DNA from: Massalongia carnosa
Taxonomy: Eukaryota
Assembly: GCA_965645245.1 (NCBI GenBank)
Contig: OZ287069.1
Location: 248,001-312,000 of the forward strand
Length of the DNA: 64,000 nucleotides
Direction of reading: 5' to 3'
The position numbers were made by a program, and so were the translations under genes. This document shows, piece by piece, positions 25,058 to 37,000 of the stretch. The stretch's first letter is position 1; every line of letters begins with the position of its first letter. The notes below the pieces were generated by a model. It was given only the letters and a program-made list of their open reading frames with translations. It did not search any database and had not been told where the DNA came from.

Positions 25058-27000
25058 CTAACCTCCCCCTCCCTGTAGCCCCACGTCACCTACGGTCTGA
25101 AGGCTGGTAGCATACCAACCGTTGACAGCTCCGTATTCTACCTGGGGTGTCGACCCGGTCAGAACCTCATAATGCTTCTCCCCGTCCTTGCCTCCAGTGG
25201 CTGCTGTGTCTGCGCAGCACTCATCCTTATCTCCCTTCCCCTTTACACACGCCGCGATCTTCTCCCCAGCACGTTTCCCTTCAAAGTAAGCTCCATGCAG
25301 ATAGCCGTAATATTCTTGGCTGGTCGCTTCGCCGGCAAACCATAAACGAGCGGTAGGTGCACGTAGGTTTTGGTGCCCTTCTAACGTAAGACCGGGTGGC
25401 CAGTTGGAATAAGAGCCAAAGGCCCACGGCGTTTTCCCCCATCGAGGATACATGAAATCAATGGGCTCGGAAACTTTGTCTTTCCCGAACATATTGCGCA
25501 AGACTGCTAAAACTTGAGCTTTCGTTACTTCGTCCGATTGTTCTTCAACCACACGTGATTGATCTGTGACTACCGTTGCGAAGAAGATGCCACTACCCGG
25601 CAGGAAACCTGGGATATCAAGAGGCTGGTAAACAGGGTAATAACCGCGTTGAGGATCGGCGTAAAGGAGGTATTGTGAGGTTTGGTCCCAAAAAATCTCG
25701 TCGGGAGGAAACTGGAAGAAGATCTTGGTGTATATACCCATCTGGAAGGAATCGATGGCTATCTGCTTCCAACGTGGCAAAGCTGGAGTAAACTTTACAG
25801 TGTCCGATTGCAGAACACCAACGGAAAATGTGGTAATGGCATAATCAGCCTCTATGCATGATCCGTCAGCGTTCTTAACTGTCACACCAGATTTCCCCCA
25901 TTTGACGTCCGTGACAACTGTGTTAAGCAAGAGCCTTGAGTCATGAGGTTTTAAAAAGGTCGCAGCTTCGCCATGGATAAAGGCGTCGTAACCACGGGAG
26001 TCATGTACTAGGTTGTTGACCTCGGAGAACCCATAATACGTCGAATTCTGAAGCCCGTAGAGTTAGCGGGCCAAACGTTCCAAAAAGCAATGTAGACTGG
26101 CTTACGTAGTTGGCGACTGTGAACTCTTGAGAACTCACATCCTAGACTAATAAATCAGCCATACTCTTCGCCTGATTCAGATATGTAAAACCCGTAGCGA
26201 GTCATTACTAGAGGGGATTGCATGGATTTACCGGTGTCTGAGCATACTCGAAATCCATCGCAAACCATTCCCAAGCGGAAGCTTCGGGGTCCCGGACTGG
26301 CTTATAACCCGCCAAATTCGTACCAGCTCGGAAACTGCGATCCTGTAGGTTGTCGCTCAAGATAACTCCAGAGTCTTGCTCCACTACGGCATAAGCTTTC
26401 TCGAAGTCGTCCAGCTTTGCTGAATAGTCTTTGTGGCCCTTGGGAGTGAAAGTATCTGTCAACGACAAGTTTGAGAATGTATTTTCAATGTGATATTTTT
26501 TAGCCTTTAATTAGTTGAGTAAGGTTCCACAGCATATGTGGGCTCAAGGACTAAAATACCAAGGTCCAAATCGGATTCTCAGGTCCCCCTTCAGTAACAG
26601 TTCCTTGAATCTACAAAAGATCTCGATCAACTTTGGGTTCATGGAACAACGAATCGACATACCCAGTTGGCACCAAGCTCCACGGTATAAGGCTTCCCAT
26701 GCCGGTCCTTGCCGAAGTTTGTATGTCGACATCTTCCACCTATTTCTCCATTATACTCAACAATCACAAAATCCGACACCGAGGCGTTAGAAAGAGCTTG
26801 CTAACATTGTTGTTAGCAGCAACGGGAATGGCGGGTTGGAGTGACAATACAGCAGCAAAGATGCCGGCAGTCCCAGCACCTAAAACAGCGACCTTAGTCT
26901 TGCGACATGTTGTCCTTGATGTTGAAGGCGATGTAAAGGTTGGCCCAACGAGTAGGACCAGCGATAGCGCAATGGATATCTCTCGAGCGAGCACAACCAT
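25058..27000 (-). CDS. Flavin-containing polyamine oxidase with signal peptide, multi-exon
   Basis: Hydrophobic N-terminus, VAVLGAGTAG FAD-binding motif, IGGR, VELGANW, YTKIFFQF, GSYSNW, FAGEATS, GYLHGAYFEG. Five GT-AG introns can be placed keeping frame. Confidence 0.92.
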
Positions 27001-27346
27001 GACGTCTTTTCGGCTCCGATCCTGGAGAAACGAGGAGTTGAAGAGAATGAAATGAGAAGAAAAGGAAACGCAAGGTGGGAGCTCAAACATTAAGTTCATG
27101 ATTGCTTTTTACTCTGCACTTCAATGCAGACTCCCACGCCAGTTTCCACCGTGGACCACATAGCGAGTATTGATGTCTATCTTGCCCTACACCTCCTCTT
27201 GTCTACAAACACACCAGGTCGACTGCGGCAATTGACAGTTTCACAGTGTTGCAATACAGAAGTTGTGTACGGGACTAAAAACCCTTATATCATGATTACT
27301 AAGGTATCCAGCGATTTGGCGGTTAATACACAAGCCGAAAATCTAA

Positions 27347-29776
27347 GGGAATCAATACCGGGACACCCTTTTCACTACCTTGACACCCACATTAACACCC
27401 CCCAAATAAGCTAACCAAATCGGGTTGTTTATCCGTTCCGGAACTGGAACTTCGAAATCAATATGAATCTTGCCCCTCCCACCCACTTGCTGAACGAAAC
27501 ATATGGATCGCTCAATCTTCTTCTTGTCGCCATGCAAAAACACGCAGGCCCTGAGGGGTATGCTGTCTGTCAGCTTCGCACCAAAAAGTGTGCGACCACT
27601 GGATTGATAGACACATGTTATATTTGTTGCGACCGAGGACGAAAGGACCGTCAGCCTCAAGGACAGAAACGCTTACATGGAACCTCCAGGACCATTGACT
27701 GTTCTTTCTCTGTAGTGGTCAAGTCTAAAGACGATGAATGGATAGTTCGCGATATTCGAAATCCAGGCCACAATCACTCTGCTACCGTGGAAGGCTCTCA
27801 TCCATCGCTCAGAAAACTTGCTATCACCCCAGCTATAGCTGATGAAATTGTGCGCGCAACGAAGGTGCAAATGAAACCGAGTCAAATCTTTTCGTCTCTT
27901 CGGCTCGGTCAGACTGACGATACAAATGACAATAATCCTCTTTTCATGCGACAAGATATTTACAATGCGAAGGCGGAAATTCGACACAAGGCACTAGGAC
28001 GACTGACTCCCATTCAGGCGTTGATGCAGGATTTAAATCGGCCTCAATGGTATGTACGGAGAAGATGCAATGTTTTACATACTAAATTGCAGTAGGAATT
28101 CGTTTTATCTCAAAGACAATCTCGATCGCATAACACATCTTTATTTCAGCAAAGATTCCTGTCAAAGCACCCTGATGACCAACCCCGACGTGTTAATCAT
28201 GGACTGCACCTATAAAACCAACAGATACAAATTACCATTGATATCAACAATGGGAACAACGGCCCTAAACACCTCATTTTATGTGGGTTTTGCCTTTCTT
28301 CGTCAGGAACGTAAAGAGGACTATGTTTGGTTTCTTCAACAATTAAAAACCCTTTATCGAATGCTGAATATTTCCTATCCAAAGGTAGTAGTCACCGATC
28401 GAGACATTGGCCTCATGGCCGCTATTTACAGTGTGTTCCTGACACACGTCATTTGTTATGCTTGTGGCATATTCACAGGAATGTTCAGGAGCATTGGAAA
28501 CCTGTTTTTAGACATAATGCTCATTCCGACGATGACTAGATGGCCTTCGAAAGCATGTGGCATGCGGTGGTTTATTCAAAGACTGAAGAGGAATATGAGG
28601 TCAATTGGGACGCTCTGAATGATGCTTATTCACATGATCGTTCAGCGGAAGTGCAGTATCTGGTAGACACATGGCTAGCCTCATATAAACGAAAATTCGT
28701 CAAGGCATTCGTCGACAAAGTTCATCATTTCGACAATATTGCTACCTCTAGGGTGGAGGGGGGCCATGCTGTCTTGAAACATCAGTTGGGATTTTCTACC
28801 GGTGATCTCAAAACGGTGGTTGACAACATTGATTTGTTACTAAAGAATCAGTATCAAGAGTACGTGATAAAACTGGATGAGACTAAAATGCGCTTTCCTA
28901 TCCGACTACGAAGACCTCTTTACAGCGATGTAAGGGCTTATATCACGCCTTTTGCATTGTTGAAGGTGCATAGTCAGTACGAACGTCTTTTGGATCAAAC
29001 GACCCCTCTTTCATTATGCACCGGGGCATTTCGAGCAACAATGGGGCTACCATGTGCTCATGAAATCCAGGAAAGTTGATAAACTGAAGGAAATAGCCCT
29101 GAAAACGTACTAATTCTATTGCAATTAGGTTCGACTTTCTGGCCCGGCCCCCAATGTGCTTCAGCGCGACGACATTCACATCAAATGGTGGTTTCAGCGC
29201 CCCCTTGATCGGGCTTATTATCGCCACGAATCACCACCTCCAAATGTCATCGATCCTTTGCTATTGGTGCGCGACCCCGAGGTAGTAGCCCGACCCCGAG
29301 GGCGTCCGTCAATCGCGATGCGTTTACAATCGGAAAGAGCTCAACGGGAGGCTGATAACTCTACCCAACGGGAGTTATCAGGGTTCGAACATGTCGAGGA
29401 GGTGTTGAATGGGCCTCCGAGGCGAGGGCGGGGGCGAGGGCGGGGTCGAGGACGAGGGCGAGGGCGAGGGCGAGGACGGGGCAGAGGGCAGTCACAAGGT
29501 GAAGGGGTGGCCTCCGGTGAAGCTATTCAATCGATTGAAGTAGATGGAGTGGGTTTGCTCCAGGCCTTTCAAATGTAAACACGAAATGAAGCCCAATTCA
29601 ATGAAACAATCATCGAGAAAGCATCAAACGACTGTCTAAAACACACCTGAATTCATCAAATCGAGCATGTTTTCTCCTGTTATTTCTGCGCCCGAGGGAA
29701 ATTTATACCCGATTTGGTTAGCTTACTTGGGGGTAGTGAAATGGAGTGTCAAGGGGGTGTCCCGGTATTGATTCCC
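27347..29776 (+). mobile_element. Mutator-like element (MULE), transposase disrupted
   Basis: Imperfect TIRs of about 75 bp, with the first 22 bp (GGGAATCAATACCGGGACACCC) perfect. 8-bp TSD AAATCTAA. Motifs DCTYKTNRY, VVVTDRD, LCLWHI, TSRVEGGH and GLPCAH in fragments 27463-29578. Confidence 0.95.
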
Positions 29777-31298
29777 AAATCTAATTGAGGAGGACTTTTT
29801 AGAGCAAATGGGTACCACAGAGCGTATCGAAAACGGTTGCCAAAAGAGTTAATCGTGCCAAAACACTAAACCCCAACCGAGTCAGGGTCTAGTGCCCATC
29901 ACCCTACTGACGCATTCAGCTTACTACCATTTCCGCTACAAATTGGGGACAACAACGGTTAATCAAGATTTCATTGATTATGACGCTGGTAAAACAGCTT
30001 TGCTTGCCTGGGCACCGATCGAGCGATGCGTTTATACCTTTTGTCCAGGGCTATCTGCTTCTTTTCAGCAGCTAGTTGGGCCCGTTCACAGGCCAGCCTG
30101 GTCATTTCCACCTCATTCTGACAGCATTTTGAGGTTTTGGCTCGTACGTCCCCCACGGTTATGACCCCCTTCTGGGCGACCTTTCCATCCAGTTTTTTAC
30201 GGGCCGCCTTTGCGACGGATTGTTGATGACTGGCCAGAAGGTCCCGTTCAACAATCTGACGTGCATGAGCGCTGGAAATGGAACCCTTCACAAATCGCCC
30301 CACATGACGCTCCCATTCGTTGTCCAGCACCTTGTATTTGGCCAGACTCATACGGAGACGCATACCGTATTCAACCACCTCTTTAGTCGAGCAATGGGGC
30401 TAACGAAGGTGGGGGCGGGGTAGTAGGTCTTCGGGTCTGAATGGCCGCCAACTTTCGAATTACCACATCGGGATTGTAAGGCACCAAACCCGTGTTTCTG
30501 AATGACGATAATATAGTGGCCGAGCTGAATGTTTGATTTCGCATGCGCTGAAAAATCGACAAAAAGTCGAGTTTGTCGAAATCTGCCCCTCCGAGTCGTA
30601 CCAGTTCGTCAATGCCTTCGGAATGATAATGTTTAAATGGCTGAAAACATCCTACATCCAATGGCTGAGTGAGATGTGTTGAATGAGGCGGCAAACGAAA
30701 CAGTTCAATCTGATTTCGTTTGGCATATGTAAAGAACTCGTATGTCATATAAGATCCATATCCGTCCATAATCAACATACGCCAGGCACCTACCTGGCCC
30801 TTTCGACTGTGTTTATCAAAATGTTTCAGCCAATCAATGGCCAAGTCATCATTGGAATAGCCGGTAGGACTAGTAGTCAACAAAACATCGTCATTCAGGT
30901 CGTTCTGCTGCGCCCATTTTTCGAGAATCAAAACCCCCGCGATAATCACCATTGGGGGAATGTCTCGACCACCAGCACTAATACACTCACAGGAGGTGAC
31001 GTATTCTCTGTTGTCTGGGTCTGTCAACAACAGAGGCTTTCTGGAATGACCTGACACCACCCAATGAGCCCTGCCATAGCCAATTCGAAAGCCCGTTTCA
31101 TCCATGTTCCAAACATCCTCGTCCACTATTCCTCGCGCCTCGCGCGCAGCCCGATATGCCTCGAAATATTCACGTATGTCCTTTCCATTGTGCGCGTGTT
31201 TTCGCTCGGCCGCCAAAGGTTTTTGTTTTCGTTTGAAGAACTGAGGATTGCGATTGAGGAAACGTTTGGTCCAAGAATTCCTGACGATGGGGAGTGAA

Positions 31299-31495
31299 TA
31301 TCAAAAGGTAGTATAGTAGATAGAGGATAGAACGCTTGCTATTGTTCTATATAGTAGGAATAGCTAGATTTATAGATAATGTACGGTATGCTAGTATTAG
31401 ACTAGCGATACCTCTAGCCATTAGCGTGCGCCACACTCGTGCGGTAGAAGGTGAGTGCGGCTGAAATGAAGTCGCCTGATTTGTACATTCTAACA
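31299..31495. mobile_element. Solo LTR (197 bp) inside the pogo transposase
   Basis: TSD GTGAA at 31294-31298 and 31496-31500; ends TATCA (decayed TGTCA)...TAACA; splits the HTH region. Confidence 0.85.
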
Positions 31496-31880
31496 GTGAA
31501 GGCGTCTAAATGGGCTTCTCGAAGTAGATAATTGGCAGCTCCACGAACCATTGGAAATCTGGCTGATTGTTCAGCTTGATCGAGCATTCGAATGTAATCA
31601 CAAATAGCCAATTCCTGTTCATCAGATAACGCCTTGTTGGGGGGAGTTCGGTCAATGCGCGAACCTCCTCCAGCAAGTCGTCTTTGAAGAGTACGAACGT
31701 CTACGTCAAAATCAATGGCTGCTGCACGTATACTTCGAAATTCACCCGTGTCCCACGCGTTTATAGCTTCAACAATTCGATCCTCCTTATTAGAATATGA
31801 ATTAGTTGTTAAATAAACAGTTGACGGGCATAATGTTGAAATTACTACGGAGGTGACTGCTTATAGCAGCCATTGGCAGC

Positions 31881-33417
31881 CACGCGGTTGACAAAAAAAA
31901 TCACATACCAAAATTTTTACCCCACCAAAAACCCTTCCACACCCATAATCAACAGTAATTATTCCATCAACATGCCTCCATCTAGGACTCCCATATTTGA
32001 TTCTCGTGAGCGACAAAAGCATTATACTACTCCTGTTAAGGCCAAAGTTCAAGGAGCTGTCGAATTTTGCGAGAGAATGGGAATTTCTTACTATAAAGAG
32101 GATGTTTTTCGAACTTTCGACGTTTCGCGTGAACAAGGCTATGCTTTCTTACGCAACGACTCTGCCAGACGACTAGAAAACAATTCCGATGCAGAAGAGA
32201 CTCGAGGTCGCAAATCCTTAATCACGCCTAAACAAATACGAGAAATGGAGCGAATTTTAGAGACTGAATGCATTGAAGGTCGTGGGTGTAAGAACCACTA
32301 TCCAGGGAAGACGAATAGTAGTCAGCTACCTAAGAGACTAAGCATGAAGAAGAGAAATCTATCTACAAAGAAGAATGTGAAATCTATATGCCCGTTTGCC
32401 CTTCTTCTCGAAGTTTCCATCCGGCTCTAGAAGCTTATCTCCGAAGCTTCGGTCGGAAAGAGCCGTTGGATTTAGCGCTCCCACACCCGAGTCCTGACAG
32501 TGGGCTTACATGGAGTCAATTGGGGTATGAAATAGGCCTCGACTGCAATGGTCGAACAATTCAACGCGCAATGGGTACGATGGATTATCACAAATGTCTC
32601 TCATGTAGAAGAGGCTGGGTAAACAATAAAATAGCCGCTCATCGAGTTGAATGGGCCCAAGTCATGCTGAACAGATATCCTAAGTCAGAAGACTGGCATA
32701 AAGTACTATACGATTCAGCGATGAAGTTCATTACGGCTGGGGTCCCCAAGGCAAGCTTCGAATCAGATACTGTCAGGACTGTATTCAGGAGGCCAATGAA
32801 CCAGACGAAAAGGATAAAAAACGTCATCATTGTTGGGCCTCAGTAGGCCACAATTTCAAATCAGATATTCATTTTTACCAGGTGCCGGATAATTTCAATT
32901 GCAATATGAGTCAAAAAGCCTACATTAAACAAATTCTCGACCCAGTCGTTCTTCCATGGTTACAATCAGTTCAGAAGTTCGTTTTGGAAGAAGACGGTGA
33001 TTCCGGTCATGGACCAGGCAAATCAAAAATCGTACAAACCTGGAAGGAGACAAATAACCTAAATCACTACTTTAATTGTCCTTCATCTCCCGATTTAGCA
33101 CCTATTGAGAATTGCTGGCAACCTTCAAAACAACATCTTCGTAAATATCCTCATTGGGACGACATCACCACCAAGGAGTTGATTTACGAGGGATGGAGTC
33201 TTGTTTCACAGAGATTTATCAACGAAAAGGTAGCGACAATGCCTGGTCGTCTTCGAGCAGTAATAGACGGTGAAGGCAAAATGACAGGGTATTAAATGAA
33301 GCAATTGGGATTTGATTGAACATCAGATAATGTAAATAGTCATTGTAAATGTGGTAGTAAATTTGACCTTTTTGGTGGGGTAAAAATTTTAGTGTGATTT
33401 TTCTTGTCAACCACGTG
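31881..33417 (+). mobile_element. Tc1-like (DD37E) DNA transposon nested in the pogo 5' region
   Basis: Imperfect TIRs of about 50 bp, CACG(C/T)GGTTGACAA...CCCCACCAAAAA. Transposase 31972-33295 (broken) with RGRK, FSDEVH, EEDGDSGHG and SPDLAPIENCW; 37 residues between D and E. Flanked by GCAGC on both sides. Confidence 0.92.
32287..32499. mobile_element. Solo LTR (213 bp) inside the Tc1-like transposase
   Basis: TGTAAG...CTGACA; TSD GTGGG; removal restores IEGRG|LTWSQLGYE in frame. Confidence 0.92.
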
Positions 33418-33641
33418 GCAGCCTGCAGGGCTGAGCTAGAACTAATGGGGCTAAGCGAGTATTCTAACATTAGTCATGAAAAGTGTGTCAGTAGGCTGAA
33501 TGCGTCAGTAGGGTGATAGGCACTAGACCCTGACTCGGTTGGGGTTTAGTGTTTTGGCACGATTATTCGGAATCTCGCAATCGGTACTCTACTTAAAGTT
33601 ATACTCTAGTTTAATACAGTAACTAAATCGCCGGAATTATT

Positions 33642-34020
33642 TGTCACGACCTTATTCGGGCTGTTTAGCCCGGTTTTCCGATTCCGTGGTAACATGATTG
33701 AGCTGATCGACAGGCCTTGCAAGGTTACTTTTTGTTTATGGAATAGTAGCTTCCTCTTTCGACCACCTAAAGGGCCACGGGTCTGGAGTCAAAGCAAAGT
33801 ACTCCGTATTTTGAAATGCTATTCTTTCGGTTGGGGACGATCCTCACTCCTCGCATCTGACAGCCTTAGACTGGCTGCACGAGTTTGCCACCCGCCTACG
33901 TGGGCTGGCTGAATGAGCACTCGTAGAGCATCTAGATTCATCTGCGTACACTCGACATAGACCTGTAGCCGACCCGCAAACTTAATCTCCAGTTAGGTTT
34001 GCTGCGTTGCGAGGTCGTGA
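33642..34020. mobile_element. Possible decayed solo LTR
   Basis: Starts TGTCACGACC and ends GGTCGTGA (inverted match), but the terminal CA and a TSD are not evident. Confidence 0.4.
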
Positions 34021-34028
34021 TTAGCTAT

Positions 34029-37000
34029 TCTGAGGCTGTTTGCCCTGATGATCAGTTGAGATGATTTACGTCTTGACCAGATGAGGTGAAATGAATGGCA
34101 TTGATCTATAGATGATTTTCTAGCTAGGTATGCCGCCAGGGGATAGATCAAGAGATGTCTCCGAAGGAAGAAAGAATGTGGGGGATGAAGAATTTTTACC
34201 TGTGCCGCGGTGGCAATGTCATGTGACGGGCATGTGACGGGCCCGTTGACCAATGTTGGTTAATGCCAGTATAGCTGACATTTGACACACCCCCTTGATG
34301 AAGATCATCTGCAATGATCTTTATCATCCTTCTTTTATATCTTCATGATGTTGCCCTTTCAGGCCTAGTAATTTGACAAATGAAGCATACCTTTGAGGCG
34401 GCAATGCCTTCGTCAATCCATCTGCCAGAATTGTGGCAGTGGGCACCCATTGAATTTTGATTCGATCCTTTGCAATTTCTTGGCGGAGCCAATGTTTATG
34501 GATGTCGACATGGCGAAGCTTGGTCACCAGTTTATTTTCCGTCAGTGCCCTGATTGTCTGCCGATTGTCGCATTGAATGTTTGGCATCATCTGCAAATCT
34601 AGATTTATCTCTTGAAAAAGACGCGTCCACCAGATGAGCTCCTTTCCTGCCGATGAGATGGCGAGCAATTCCGCTTCCGTACTGCTAGTGGTGACCGTCT
34701 TCTGCTTTGACGCCTTCCAATCTATCATTCCACTAAATAGCTTGAATCCGTATCCCTGGGAGCTATATCTGGTCGCGGGGTCATCGGCAAATGAGGCGTC
34801 GCTGCTTGCTAAAAAGATGGTTTGGTCAGAAGAAGAATGGTCAGAGTTTCCGAAAAAATCAGAAGAGTTAAACCAAATGGTCAATGTTTTGGAACGCCCT
34901 AAATATTTCAGGGTCCGAATGGCAGCTTCCGAATGGTATTTAGATGGGTTGGTTAGAAATTCCGACAGTTTGGAAGCTGCAAATGCGACGTCCGGGCGGG
35001 TTATTACTGCGGCGAAATTGTTGGATCCAACTATTTGCTGGTAGGCATGGATTTCCTGATTTGTAGCCTGACCAGAATTTCTGACCAATTGCATTCCTGA
35101 TCCGTATGGTAAAGGTGTCGCCGGTCCCTTATTTTCTAGATTAATGCTGACATTGAATTTTGAAATTATCTTTTCAATGTAGGACTGCTGAGACAGCCAT
35201 AAAAGTCCGGTTTCGCGTTTCCTAGAGATCTGAATTCCTAGGAACCATTCTAATTCTCCTAAATGTCGCATTTCAAAACGGTCAAATAGCTGCGTCTGAA
35301 AAACGTCAGCTTGATTGGTCCAACGACGATCGTATAGAAGAACGATGTCATCTACGAAGAAGAAAAGAAGCAAATGCTTGTCCCGACTGATGAAGAGACA
35401 ATCTGCTCATGGTATCGGCTCAAAATTCATTCCGATTAGTGCTTCCAATAAAAGACGATACCATAAGGCTGGAGATTGTTTTAGTCCATACAGAGCCCTT
35501 TGTAGAAGCAGCAAAATGCCGCTATCTTTTGGCCATCCCTCAGGTGGCTTACAATAGATAGGCTCATCTATAGGACTATTGGCAAATGCATTTATGGCGT
35601 CATACTGTCGCTTCTCCAAATCGAATGTTGCTACAATTGCCATTAATGCTCGGAAAATGCGAGCTGCTAAAGTGGCGGCGTAGGTGTCTTGGTCAGTCTT
35701 CTGAAAATCACCCCTAGCCACTAAGCGAGCTTTGTATTTGGTCAAATATCCCTCTTCGTCGAATTTATATTTGAAAATCCACATAGTAGGAATGATGACA
35801 TTATCTTTCGAAATAACCTCATTTGTAGGAATTTCCTTCCAAGTGCCCTTTGCTTCCAAAGCTTTTATTTCCGTTTTGATTGCTTCCTGAAATCCGGCGG
35901 AATGAGAATGTTTCAGCATTTGACCGAAATGCTTTGGTTCCGCAGGTAGGGAATCTCTATGTAGGCGATGCTGAGAAAATTTAGTAAAGAATGATGATTT
36001 TGCAAATGCTGCAAATGAGGAATGAAAGGAGATAACTTCTCCATTTTCGGCATCTTTTAAGGCAGCGAAATAAGCCTGTTTTCTGCCTTTTCTTTCCCGT
36101 CTCACCCCCTCAGGCAAGATATTTGCCTGGTCCAATTCTAGACCAATCACTTTCTTCTCTTTTTGAGATGGTTTAGGGTCAGGTGGCGGGGTTGCTTCAG
36201 ATGGTAAGGGAGATGGCAAATACTCGAATGTTTTGCCTTTTGCTGAGTCATGTGATGCGGAGTCATTTGCGGAGTCATTTGGGGAATTGCCAGATGCTGG
36301 CATTTGCCCTTTTTCTATAGATTGCTGGTTTTGCTCCGCATGCAGATTTATCTCATCTTCTAAATCTGATTCCACCTCGGTAATTCGCGCCAAATCAGTA
36401 AGAAGATTCGGAATTCAAACGTCTCTGGTAATGGCAGCATTGGCTCGGAAATTGCCTGCATGACATCTATGTCATGAGGATCGTATCTAGTGCTGTCATC
36501 GAAAATAACGTCTCTAGTCCGAATTACCTTCCGCTGAGATGGTATCCAAATGCGAAAAATGTTGCGAGTATCACAACCAACCAAATATCCGATGTGAGCT
36601 CTTTCTTTCAACTTTTCCTTCTTCGAAATTTGCTTATTTAAGGCATAAGCTTTGCAGCCATAAATATGTAAATGTGGTAAGTTTGGACGGGTCTTGTGGA
36701 CCATCTGGTATGGCGTTTTCCATTGATATTTTCCCATAGGAGTCCGATTTGCTATATAGCCGGCAGTCCGAAAAATTTCCGGCCAAAGAAATGTAGGAAG
36801 ATTTGCATCCATCCGCATAGCACGTGCTTTTAGGGTCAAAATTCCCCCTTTTCTTTCTGAGTGCCCATTCTGCTCCGGCGAATGAGGTGCAGATGGTTCG
36901 TAAGTAATCCCTTTTCTATAAGTAATTCTCGAAAATCACCTCCCAAAGATTTCTCGCCGTCAGTCCGAAAGAAGACTACTTTTCCATTGAATCTAGTCTC

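Larger units (their letters stand above)
29852..33563 (-). mobile_element. pogo/Fot1-like DNA transposon carrying nested insertions
   Basis: 74-bp TIRs (ATCGTGCCAAAACACTAAACC...) with 2 mismatches, flanked by TA. Transposase about 31831 to 29971 with HTH, WNMDETGF, LIMDGYGS, HLTQPLDVGCF. Confidence 0.95.
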
